In this document: positions 36,401 through 47,522 of the stretch, one piece after another
How the letters are laid out: every line of letters starts with the position of its first letter
Numbering within the stretch: position 1 is the first letter of the stretch
Origin: Squalus acanthias
Taxonomy: Eukaryota
Direction of reading: 5' to 3'
NCBI GenBank assembly: GCA_030390025.1
Contig: CM059432.1
Location: forward strand, 8,308,001-8,372,000
DNA length: 64,000 nucleotides
Made by a program: the position numbers and the translations under genes
The notes under the pieces: model-generated
The model's database searches: none
Seen by the model: only the letters and a program-made list of their open reading frames with translations
Told to the model about the DNA's origin: nothing

Positions 36401-38805
36401 TCCTCCCACTCCACCACACGAGGCTCCTCCCACCCCCCCACACGAGGCTCCTCCCACTCCCACACGAGACTCCTCCCACTCCCACACGAGACTCCTCCCA
36501 CACCCCCACACGAGACTCCTCCCACCCCCCAACACGAGGCTCCTCCCACTCCCACACGAGACTCCTCCCACTCCCCCACATGAGGCTCCTCCCACTCCCC
36601 CACACAAGGCTCCTCCCACTCCCCCACACGAGACTCCTCCCACCCCCCCACACGAGGCTCCTCCCATTCCCACATGAGACTCCTCCCACTCCCACACGAG
36701 ACTCCTCCCAACCCCCCACATGAGACTCCTCCCACCCCCCCACACGAGACTCCTCCCACCTCCCCACACGAGACCCCTCCCACCCCCCCACACGAGGCTC
36801 CTCCCACTCCCCCACATAGACTCCTCCCACCCCCCCACACGAGGCTCCTCCCACTCCCACACGAGGTTCCTCCCACTCCCACACGAGACTCCTCCCACTC
36901 CCACACGCGACTCCTCCCACTTCCCCACACGAGACTCCTCCCACTCCCCCACAGGAGGCTCCTCCCACTCCCAAACGAGACTCCTCCCACTCCCACTCGA
37001 GACTCCTCCCACCCCCCACACGAGACTCCTCCCACCCCCCCACACGAGGCTCCTCCCACTCCCACACGAGACTCCTCCCACTCCCACATGAGACTCCTCC
37101 CACTCCCATACGAGACTCCTCCCACTCCCACACGAGACCCCTCCCACTCCCACACGAGACTCCTCCCACTCCCACACGAGACTCCTCCCACTCCCACACG
37201 AGACTCCTCCCACTCCCACACGAGACTCCTCCCACTCCCACATGAGGCTCCACCCCCCACACGAGACTCCTCCCACCCCCCCACACGAGACTCCTCCCAC
37301 TCCCACACGAGACTCCTCCCACCCCCCCACACGAGACTCATCCCACTCCCACATGAGACTCCTCCCACTCCCACACGAGACTCCTCCCACCCCCCCACAC
37401 GAGACTCCTCCCCCCCACACGAGACTCCTGCCCCCCACACGAGACTCATCCCACTCCCACATGAGACTCCTCCCACTCCCACACGAGCCTCCACCCACTC
37501 CCACACGAGACTCCTCCCCCCCACACGAGCCTCCTCCCACTCCCACACGAGACTCCTCCCACTCCCACACGAGGCTCCTCCCACTCCCACACGAGCCTCC
37601 TCCCACTCCCACACACGAGGCTCCTCCCACTCCCACACGAGCCTCCTCCCACCCCACATGAGACTCCTCCCACTCCCACACGAGACTCCTCCCACTCCCA
37701 CACGAGACTCCTCCCACTTCCACACGAGCCTCCTCCCACTCCCACGCGAGGCTCCACCCCCCCACATGAGACTCCTCCCACCCCCCACACGAGACTCCTC
37801 CCACCCCCCCACACGAGGCTCCTCCCACTCCCACACGAGACTCCTCCCACTCCCACATGAGACTCCTCCCACTCCCACACGAGACTCCTCCCACTCCCAC
37901 ACGAGACTCCTCACACTCCCACACGAGACTCCTCCCACTCCCACACGAGACTCCTCCCACTCCCACACGAGACTCCTCCCACTCCCACATGAGGCTCCAC
38001 TCCCCACACGAGACTCCTCCCAACCCCCCACACGAGACTCCTCCCACTCCCACACGAGACTCCTCCCACCCCCCCACACGAGACTCCTCCCACTCCCACA
38101 CGAGACTCCTCCCACTCCCACACGAGACTCCTCCCACTCCCACATGAGGCTCCACCCCCCACACGAGACTCCTCCCACCCCCCCACACGAGACTCCTCCC
38201 ACTCCCACACGAGACTCCTCCCACCCCCCCACACGAGACTCCTCCCACTCCCACACGAGACTCCTCCCACTCCCACACGAGACTCCTCCCACTCCCACAC
38301 GAGACTCCTCCCACTCCCACACGAGCCTCCTCCCACTCCCACACACGAGGCTCCTCCCACTCCCACACGAGCCTCCTCCCACCCCACACGAGACTCCTCC
38401 CACTCCCACACGAGACTCCTCCCACTCCCACGCGAGGCTCCACCCCCCCACATGAGACTCCTCCCACCCCCCCACACTAGACTCCTCCTACCCCCCCACA
38501 TGAGACTCCTCCCACTCCCACGCGAGGCTCCACCCCCCACACGAGACTCCTCCCACCCCCCACACGAGACTCCTCCCAGTCCCACACGAGGCTCCTCCCA
38601 CCCCCCCAGACGAGACTCCTCCCACCCCCCCACACTAGACTCCTCCTACCCCCCCACATGAGACTCCTCCCACTCCCACGCGAGGCTCCACCCCCCACAC
38701 GAGACTCCTCCCACCCCCCACACGAGACTCCTCCCAGTCCCACACGAGGCTCCTCCCACCCCCCCAGACGAGACTCCTCCCACCCCACACGAACTTCTTC
38801 CCACC
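33451..38805. repeat. C-rich minisatellite, ~22-24 bp unit (CCCACACGAGACTCCTCCCACT), roughly 230 units, with higher-order duplications
   Basis: Direct inspection; 21 bp variant (ccacaccatactcctcccacY) at 33491-33680; 1225 bp tandem duplication; 158 bp terminal duplication. Confidence 0.97.
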
Positions 38806-38915
38806 AAGGTGCTATTTGTTACTGGGAATCTACATATAACAACAACCAGGCCTCAAATTGCCAATGTCATTAAAAGGTAACATTTTCAAATAGCTGCTTG
38901 CTGTATTATATATAA

Positions 38916-39186
38916 GACCCCGATTTTTATCTCCAGGTGGATTCCTCGCTCAGGCCCGAGTTAAAATTACTGTCAGGTCTCAATGATGTCATCGGGCCGC
39001 AGCATGCATATGTAAAGAAGGACCCCTGTTGGCTCCGGGCGCCTGTCCTTGCTGCCTGCTCAGGGGATCAGGTTAAAATTGCAGGTGTTGCGATCATGGC
39101 GGCTTTCGGACCGGTAAGAGCCAGGGCGATTTTAACTGCCCAGCCGCCGGGTTTCTGCTGAGCGAGTAGGAGTTAAAATCGCCTCC
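38916..39186. mobile_element. ~270 bp MITE, copy 2
   Basis: Reverse complement of 5930-6197. Confidence 0.75.
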
Positions 39187-39771
39187 AATTCTGTTTCGGT
39201 GCTTCGTAAAATTGAAATGTCCCCCTTTTGAACAGAACTCACCTCTCGGTTTGTGAGGGTGTAATAGCCGACACATTTGCTGCTATGTTAAGCGTGTTCA
39301 GAATGAAAGGGAGACTAATAAGCCTTTGGAGCCTTCTGATCATTAGTATTCATGGAGTGCCATCTGTGCACATCACTATTAATGTCATTACCATCAATGC
39401 ACTGACATTCAAATTGATGTTTGTGAAGACTAATGAAGAAATGCAGATGTGGGCAAATCCCAGGAGAAGATGACAGGCATGAAAGACTACACAACACCAT
39501 GGTGGGCTTCAATGCGGCAATGCTGGCACGTTCCAATTATATTTGTTTTGTAACTCATTTATTCTTCCATGTTTCTTTAGGCCAGTTCAGCAGCAATGAG
39601 GACCAATGTGACAGCAGAACTTCAATACTTAGCTGCTCTGCAGAAATTAATGGCAACCTGTTATGATACGTTAGCACACCTGTCAAGTCTCATTTATTAG
39701 GTGCGAGAGTCATTTATTGTCAGGGTCTGCCCCGAAGATATTTCTTAAAGGGAACGTGCCTTAAAGGGAAG

Positions 39772-40243
39772 GTGTCAGCCGTGGCTCAGTGGGCAGCTCT
39801 CTCGCCTCTGAGCCATGAAGGTTGTGAGGTTCAAGTCCCGCTCCATAGACTTGAGCACAAAAATCTAGACACTCCGGTGCGGCACCGAGGGAGTGCAGCA
39901 CTGTCGGAGGTGCCGTCTTTCGGATGCGACGTTAAACCAAGGCCCTGTCTGCTCTCTTGGGTGGTTGTGAAAGATTCCATGGCACTATTTCGACAGAAGA
40001 GCAGGGGAGTTATCCCCGGTGTCCTGGCCAATATTTATCCCTCAATCAACATCACTAAAACCGATGATCTGGTCATCATCACATTGCTGTTTGTGGGAGC
40101 TTGCTGTGCGCAAATTGGCTGCTGCACTTCCTACATTACAACAGTGGCTACACTACAAAAATATAGCCCTTCATTGGCTGTAAAGTGCTTTGGGATGCCC
40201 TGAGGTTGTGAAAGGTGTTATAGAAATGTAAGTCTTTCTTTTT
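39772..40243 (+). mobile_element. Deu-type tRNA SINE, full length
   Basis: gtgtcagccgtggctcagtggg (A box), ggttcaagtccc (B box), central domain, tctttcttt tail. Confidence 0.88.
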
Positions 40244-40834
40244 AAGCATCCGCACGCCTAGAACAGCCTTCACCAACCAGCATGGCGGTCACGTTGGATG
40301 GGGGTGGTGGCTATATCACTGTCTTGTGGTGACACGGATTTTACATTTCATTGACGAGCAAGCATCCAATGCAAAGGGTGCCCCGAGGCATCAAATTGCA
40401 TCAAAAAAGAGTTAGCGTGATTCGGATTGGCGGTCAGAATGGATTGCCCCAGTGAACAAGAGTACTGAGCCACCTCTGGGTCTCTTGGAATGGAAGATCT
40501 CGAGAGTGTATTCTTTTTTCTGAAGTAACTATTTACTGATTCTTGCACATTCTTGAAATGATACTTTTCTACGTGCAGGAAGTGTTACCAACCCAAGGCT
40601 GTCTCACGTGGCCCAAGGTTTGCTTTGCCTCGGGTCAGCTAAAATGTTGCATCGAGATGTCATTTTTTTGTATACATTTTTCTCTACTTTCCATTATTTA
40701 CAAAATATTTCATCTCTATTTTCTTAAAGCATGCAAACTCTGTCATCTGTGTGTTTCTGTAAATCCCTTCCACTATCAGATGGCCATTGTGTAACACACC
40801 CTCTGTGATGCCACATTGCCCTCTCAGTAACAGA

Positions 40835-41100
40835 ATCCACCACACTATTTTGAAGAAGAACAGGGGAGTTCTCCCCGATGTTCTGGTCCATATTTATCCC
40901 TCAATCAACGCCACTAATAAGCAGATTATCTGGTCATATATCTCATTGCTGTTTTTGGGATCTTCCTGTGTGCAGATTGGCTGCCACGTTTCCTGCATTA
41001 CAACAGTGACTGCACTTCAAAAGTACTTCATTGGCTGTAAAGCACTTTGGGACGTCCTGAGGTCGTGAAAGGCGCTACAGAAATGCAAGTTCCTTCTTTC
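40835..41100 (+). mobile_element. Deu-type SINE 3' half
   Basis: Collinear with 39980-40243. Confidence 0.8.
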
Positions 41101-41309
41101 GTATTATTCATATTATTTTGTATTATTAGCATCCAATTCAGTGGTGTAATTAAATCACCACTTTTCACAATAGGAAAGGTGAAAATTGATTGTACAGAAA
41201 CAATGATGGAACAATCTATTGCTCTTGACTTACTACCGTTATATTGGCTCCAGTTAAGACTGCCTTGAAATCTTGCTGTGGGATAATTACAAATGTTTAA
41301 CATATTTGT

Positions 41310-41745
41310 ATCAAATTCTTCGCCTGCACTCTGGGCTGGCCTCTCATGTTCTACCCTACATTAACTTGAGGTCTTCCAAAACTCTGCTGCCTATGTCCTA
41401 AGTCGTACCAAGTCCCGTTCACCCATCACCCCTGATGTAAGAAAACTACTAGGCACTTGGTCTAAGCATTAAACAAAGCTTTAATCAACTGTTTTACAAC
41501 ATGGAGATCTAGTTGTGTCCTTCACTAGTTCCTGTTAAAGAATGTCCTGAGCAAGCTGGGCCCATGCCCGAGTATTTATACTCTCCCTGGACAGCACCAC
41601 CAGCAGGCCGCCCAGTATTATTTCATAAGTCATTTCCACATGAATGACAAGATTCATGTCACCCCCTGTGCCAGCTGACCTACATTGGCTCCTGGTTAAG
41701 CAACGTCTTCATTTTAAAATTCTCATCCTTGTTTTCAAATCCCTC
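41310..41745 (+). mobile_element. L2 fragment interrupted by a solo LTR
   Basis: caaaactctgctgcc...aagtcccgttcacccatcacccc|...|ctgtgccagctgacctacattggctcc matches 62370-62500. Confidence 0.8.
41433..41661 (-). mobile_element. Solo LTR (229 bp)
   Basis: TG...CA ends, CCCC duplicated on the flanks, minus-strand TATAAATA (~41574-41581) upstream of ATTAAA (41479-41484). Confidence 0.65.
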
Positions 41746-41814
41746 CTCCTCTGTTCCAAATAAAACAACCCCAGCCTATCCAATCTTTCCTCATAGCTAA
41801 AATTCTCCTGTCCT

Positions 41815-42105
41815 GATAGGGTGGAGGTCAAGAGTGATTAAATGACAAAAGATGGTGCAAGGTGAAAGGAGATGGTGATGGGACAAGTAAAGAAACAAAA
41901 GATGGATCTAGAGGAGCTGTGAATGGAACCATTACCAGCACCTGTTGTCTGCGAAAATGGTGATTATGATCTAAATTTGTTGAAGTCAATGTTACATAGG
42001 AACAGGAGGAGGCCATTCAGCCCCTCGAGCCTGTTCCACCATTCAATGGCTGATCTGCTGATGTTGATCTGATGTTGAGGCCGGAAGGATGTAAAGTGCC
42101 GAATC
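41815..42105 (-). mobile_element. Penelope fragment with nested CR1 tail
   Basis: Matches 18420-18563 and 19438-19520; the CR1 tail lies at 41993-42057. Confidence 0.75.
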
Positions 42106-42335
42106 AAGCTTAATAATAAATGAACACTTTGAACATTTTTCTTAACCTAAGATGATTACAAAACATTTATCCCATGTAGCACCATAAAAGAATCAAAGAC
42201 CATAAGCTTTCCCCAAAGAATGTGTCCAGAGTAGTTCCCAGCAGCCCAGCAACTTGTCCCCAACAGCCCTTGACGCTTGAGTGTGGGATCCTCTTTTGAT
42301 AGGATAATTGGCCGTTCTCCTCTCAGAGACACTCT

Positions 42336-42981
42336 GGGCTGGATTTTGATACTGGGCGGGTTGGGGTCGTGTTATCCACCCGACTGCAATTGGATGTGGG
42401 AGATTGATGCAATTTTCACCTAACTGGGCAATTGAGTTCCAGCATGTGGGAACCCATGAACCAATTAGTGTTTTCAGTCTGAAAGTCGCCTCTGATGATG
42501 TCATCATTGCTGCTGCATTGAAGGTCTTCAAACACTGCCTGGCCTTTGCTGTGAGAGGACCTGGATGCAAAATGAGCAGCAGCAGCCCTAAGTCTGCTAC
42601 ACCACCACTCCCAGATATGTCTCCTCCACATAGCCATCCATATATGCATCCCCATAGCCAGCCAGCGTCAGCTATCCAAATGTGCTCCCGCCAGGTTTCA
42701 CATTCGTGGTTCAGCACAGGCGTGCTTCACGTAGAAAAAGGGTTAAAATCACAAAGGCCTTTCAAAATGGCATTATAGAGGCAATTTAGTGCTTGTTAAG
42801 GGCCTTAACAGCCTATCCCGCCTCTTAGAGGCAGGACGGAGTCGGGACCAGCAGACACGATTTAATGAAAATTGCGTGGAGGCGGGATGGAGGCGGGCTT
42901 GTGCCCGCCCGCCAGTTTTCGCAATTTTAACCCCCAACACGCCTCCAAACCCACCTCCACGGGTCAATGAAAATCCAGCCC
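42336..42981. mobile_element. Harbinger-type MITE (646 bp)
   Basis: Perfect 12 bp TIRs gggctggatttt / aaaatccagccc; TSD TCT (42333-42335, 42982-42984). Confidence 0.85.
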
Positions 42982-43214
42982 TCTATCTCTACAGGAGCTC
43001 TTCCTCAACAAGAAAGCTGTGACAGCGAAGATCTCTTACCTTCCTCCTCCTAAACCGAATAAAGCAATTCTGCTAAACCAACAAGTTATGTTTATCCAAT
43101 TAGAGTTGGAACCAATATAATGCATTGAACTAGCACAACATTAAATGTACTCAAGCAGAGCCACTAAATAGCAATTGGGTAAAATACACAATGAAAACTG
43201 ATTAGTGCTGTCAG

Positions 43215-44100
43215 GGGTTTTGATAGAGTCAGTAACTAGAGGACACAGATTTAAGGTCATTGGCAAAAGAACCAGAGGAGAGATGAGGCGAATTTATTTT
43301 TACACAGTGAGTTAAGAACATAGCAACATAAGAACCAGGAGCAGGAGTCGGCCATTCGACGCCTCGAGCCTGCTCCGCCATTCAATAAGATCATGGCTGA
43401 TCTTCTGCCTCGACTCCACCTTCCTGCACTATCCCTATAGCCCTTATGATTTGCAATGCGCTGCCTGAAAGGGCGGTGGAAGCAGATTCAATAGTAACTT
43501 TCAAAAGGGAATTGGATAAATACTTGTAAAGGAGAAATTTGCAGGGCTATGGGGGAAAGAGCAGAGGAGTGGGACTAATTGGAAAGCGCCGGCACAGGCA
43601 TGATGGGCCAAATGGCCTACTTCTGTGCTCTATGCTTCTAGGAAGGTCTGTAAGAGAGATTGAGTAGACTAGGCCTATATTCTCCCAAGTTTAGAAGCAT
43701 GAGAGGTGATCTCATTGAATCATGCAAAATTCTTACAAGGCTTGACAGGGTAGATGCAGGGAGGATGTTTCCCCTGGCTGGGGAGTCTAGAACCAGGGGT
43801 CACAGTCTCAGAATAAGGGGTCGGCCATTTAGGACTGAGGTGAGGAGAAAGTTCTTCACTCAGAGGGTGGTGAATCATTGGAATTCTCTACCCCAGAGGG
43901 CTGTGGAGGCTAAGTCGTTGAGTATATTCAAGACTAAGAGAGATAGGTTTTTGGACTCTAGGGGAATCAAGGGATATGGGGACAGTGCAGGAAAGTGGAG
44001 TTGAGGTAGAAGATCAGCCATGATCTTATTGAATGGCGGAGCAGGCTCAAGGGGTCGAATGGCCGACTCCTGCTTCTAATTCTTATGTCCTTATGCTCTT
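43215..44100 (+). mobile_element. Two tandem CR1 3' fragments, the first with an inverted CR1 tail nested at 43313-43445
   Basis: ORF 43660..44004 and CR1 tail motifs. Confidence 0.88.
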
Positions 44101-44504
44101 ATGTAATGTCTCAGTTACGTTTTTAAAATTAAAATAATGGACATGGTCAGAGCCTATGCGATAGTGCCACTCCATTACAGGGGGTTTAAAATGGAAAGGA
44201 TCCCTTAGAGTATCACTAATCCTCATTTTGACGGACTCCACGAGCTACTAATTATTTAATCTGTCAGATACTTTGTGCCTGTGTAAGGTATTAGCTCCTT
44301 CATCAGGGATGGTTTTAATGACCAATCAGTCACCTGATGGTTACAAAATCAACCTTTGAAACCAGTTTTCAGGAAATTAACAAACAACTTTAGAGATGTG
44401 GGTCCCACTCTTTTCTTTAGGGGCGCTCAGTGCAAAATTATTAAATCAGATTAGAAAAGTAAAGCGTGTCTACATTTTATTAAGACAGCAATTTATAAGA
44501 TCGC

Positions 44505-44762
44505 CACTAATAAATCCAATCGGGAATTCAGGAGAAACTTCATTACCCAGAGCGGTGAGAATGTGGAACTCGCTACAACAGGGAGTGGTTGAGGCGATTA
44601 GCATAGATGCATTTAAGGGGAAGCTGGATAAACACATGAGGGAGAAAGGAGTCGAAGGATATGTTGATGGGGTGAGATGAAGTCGAGCGGGAGGAGGCTC
44701 CAATGGAACATAGACCTGTTGGGCCGAACGGCCTGTTTCTGGGCTATAAATACTTTATAATT
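44505..44762 (+). mobile_element. CR1 3' fragment
   Basis: RAVRMWNSLQQGVVEAISIDAFKGKLDKHMREKG. Confidence 0.85.
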
Positions 44763-44844
44763 CAGGTACTCTTGACAGCCAGGTGTGTGGAGCTGAACCT
44801 CAAATCCCGCAAACAATTTGTTAGCAACACCATCTTTTTCTAAA

Positions 44845-45210
44845 TAACAACAGAAAACGCTGGAAAATCTCAGCAGGCCAGGCAGCATCCGTGGGGAGAG
44901 AAACAGAGTCAACGTTTCAGGTCGAAGACCTTCCGTCAGAACTGGAAAAAAGCAGGAAATGAAATAGATTTAAAGCAAGGATAAAGCTGGGAAAAGGGGG
45001 AGGGGATGAAAGAACAAAAGGAGAGATTAAGAGACATTGAGAGACGTTAAGAGATAATCAAGGCAAGAGGAGGTGTTGATGTAATAGGTTGAGGCTTGAT
45101 GAAGTGTGAAATGCACTGGCAGAATGAAGGACCGCTGCCAGCTTCTGGGAGGAAAAAAAAAGGGGGGGGGGCAAACAAAAGGGTGGATGAAAAAATAAAA
45201 TATAAATGTG
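44845..45210 (-). mobile_element. Penelope pLTR fragment with degenerate hammerhead (44905-44945)
   Basis: Reverse complement of 4230-4610; ctgacgg-aaggtcttcgacct-gaaacgtt. Confidence 0.8.
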
Positions 45211-45296
45211 ATAGGGGCCATCTTTTTCTACCTCTGCTTTTCCCTCACTTCCCATTGCTGCTGGGATCCTCAGCACTACTGCGTCAGCCAAGGCTT

Positions 45297-45533
45297 CTGT
45301 GTGGAGTTTGCACATTCTCCCCGTGTCTGCGTGGGTTTCCTCCGGGTGCTCCGGTTTCCTCCCACAGTCCAAAGATGTGCGGGTTAGGTTGATTTGGCTA
45401 TGATAAATTGACCCTTAGTGTTAGGGGGATTAAATACATGGGGTTACGGGGATAGGGTGGGATATGTGTCGGTGCAGGCTCGATGGGCCGAAATGGCCTC
45501 TATCTGCACTGTGGGGATTCTATGATTCTATGA
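45297..45533 (+). mobile_element. V-SINE (HE1-like) core + CR1-derived tail, 5'-truncated
   Basis: gtgtggagtttgcacattctccccgtgtctgcgtgggtttcctccgggtgctccggtttcctcccacagtccaaag core; tail gatgggccgaaatggcct...gattctatgattctatga. Confidence 0.85.
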
Positions 45534-45534
45534 A

Positions 45535-46250
45535 TCTTCGGCAGCACCTCCCAAACCCGCCACCTCTTCCACCTAGAAGGACGAGGGCAGCAGGCGCGTG
45601 GGAACACCACCACCTCCAAGTTCCCCTCCAAGTCACACAACATCCTGACTTGGAAATATATCAGCCGTTCCTTCATCGTCGCTGGGTCAAAATCCTGGAA
45701 CTCCCTCCCTAACAGCACTGTGGGAGTACCTTCACCACACGGACTGCAGCGGTTCAAGAAGGCGGCACACCACCACCTCCTCAAGGGCAATTAGGGATGG
45801 GCAATAAATGCTGGACTTGCCAGCGACGCCCACATCCCATAAACAAATGGCTCAGTGGTAGCACCCTCGCCTCTGAGCCAGAGACTTGAGCACAAAAATC
45901 TGGGCTGACACTCTCCAGTGCAGTGCTGAGGGAGCGCTGCACTATCAGAGGCGCCGTCTTTCGGATGAGACGTTAAACCGAGGCCCCATCTGCTCTCTAA
46001 GGTGGATGTAAAAGATCCCACGGCCACTATTTCGAAGAAGAGCAGGGGAGTTATCCCCGGTGTCCTGGCCAATAATTATCACTAACAACGTCTGTTCATC
46101 ATCTCATAGCGGTTTGTGGTACCTTGCTGTGCGCAATTTGGCTGCTGCGTTCCAACAGCGACTACACTTCACAAGTAGTACTTTTAAAGTGTGGTCACTG
46201 TTGAAGTGTCCTCAGGTTGTGAAAGGCGCTCTATGGAAGTCTTTCATCTT
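45535..46250 (+). mobile_element. LINE family B 3' end (45535-45845) followed by a Deu-type SINE (45848-46250)
   Basis: Similarity to other copies in the window. Confidence 0.85.
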
Positions 46251-46254
46251 TCTA

Positions 46255-47325
46255 TCTTTCATCTGGACCTTTGTCACCAGCAGGCTTGATTTCTCCAAAT
46301 GTTTTCACAAAATCTCAACTCATCTGCACCAAATTGGTTTTAAATTTCCCTCATCCATCATCACTGTCCTCACCAATCTTCACTGGCTCCCCATCCATCA
46401 TCACTGTCCTCACCAATCTTCACTGGCTCCCCATCCATCATCACTGTCCTCACCAATCTTCACTGGCTCCTCATCCATCATCACTGTCCTCACCAATCTT
46501 CACTGGCTCCCCATCCATCATCACTGTCCTCACCAATCTTCACTGGCTCCCCATCCATCATCACTGTCCTCACCAATCTTCACTGGCTCCCCATCCATCA
46601 TCACTGTCCTCACCAATCTTCACTGGCTCCCCATCCATCATCACTGTCCTCACCAATCTTCACTGGCTCCCCATCCATCATCACTGTCCTCACCAATGTT
46701 CACTGGCTCCCCATCCATCATCACTGTCCTCACCAATCTTCACTGGCTCCCCATCCATCATCACTGTCCTCACCAATCTTCACTGGCTCCTCATCCATCA
46801 TCACTGTCCTCACCAATCTTCACTGGCTCCTCATCCATCATCACTGTCCTCACCAATCTTCACTGGCTCCCCATCCATTATCACTGTCCTCACCAATCTT
46901 CACTGGCTCCCCATCCATCATCACTGTCCTCACCAATCTTCACTGGCTCCCTATGCCTCAGCACTGCATTGGTTTAAACTGCTCATCTACAAATCCTTTC
47001 ATGGTTCTCCCTCAATCTACCTCTGTAACTTCCTCCAGCCCTACATCCCCGCTCAGACCTGTTGTTTATCTAGACTTGGACTACTGTGTGTCCTCACAAT
47101 ATTGGTGGAAACTTCAGCCATCATAGCGTTCTGGAATTCTCTCCCAAGATGTCTATGCCTTGTTTCATCTCTTCCCTCCTCCAAATAAGTCTTCAACCAC
47201 TCCCTAGGTCATCTCTCTAACCTATCCCAACTGTTGCTGGTGTCTGATTCCCTGACCTTCTCTCTCCTCCCTCCCTGTGAAATGCCTTCAGATACTTTGC
47301 AGTGTTTAAGACACTATATAAATAC
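46255..47325 (+). mobile_element. Old L2 3' region containing a tandem array
   Basis: IWTFVTSRLDFS before the array; FKLLIYKSFHG..YLCNFLQPY after it; actatataaataca tail. Confidence 0.7.
46351..46950. repeat. 15 x 40 bp tandem repeat (CCATCCATCATCACTGTCCTCACCAATCTTCACTGGCTCC)
   Basis: Exactly 600 bp, with only a few substitutions between units. Confidence 0.97.
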
Positions 47326-47522
47326 AGGCTTTCATCGACATCTCAGGACGGCAATAAGTGCTTGTTTTTTTTAGTGCTGTGTCCATCCCAAAAAACATCC
47401 AACCTTGAAAGAACAGACTTGACTTGCCAAAAGTTGGAGGGTTAAATAAAACTAAAGCATTTAGGAAAAGGAGTGCTGCAGTGCCCAGATCCTTCATAAA
47501 ATATTTGAATATCTTCAGTCAA

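Noticed and set aside
33428..38788. Very long ORFs (up to 1452 aa) on both strands, resembling extensin/mucin-like or Gly/Trp-rich proteins
   Set aside because: The repeat unit has almost no stop codons in any frame, so all frames are open; unit length varies without preserving frame; the unit derives from a CR1 3' UTR.
33451..38805. Resemblance of CCTCCCACCCCAC to the human PRDM9 hotspot motif
   Set aside because: The match is imperfect, and PRDM9 specificity is lineage-specific, so the human motif is not informative here.
39772..39850. tRNA genes at the SINE heads and at 16094-16178
   Set aside because: A and B boxes are present, but I see no full cloverleaf and each runs into retroposon body sequence.
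46351..46950. CRISPR-like regular array
   Set aside because: The units are contiguous with no unique spacers, there are no cas genes, and the context is eukaryotic.
46060..47188. Two 305 aa His/Pro/Ser-rich ORFs
   Set aside because: Produced by a stop-free 40 bp unit cycling through the three frames inside a dead L2.
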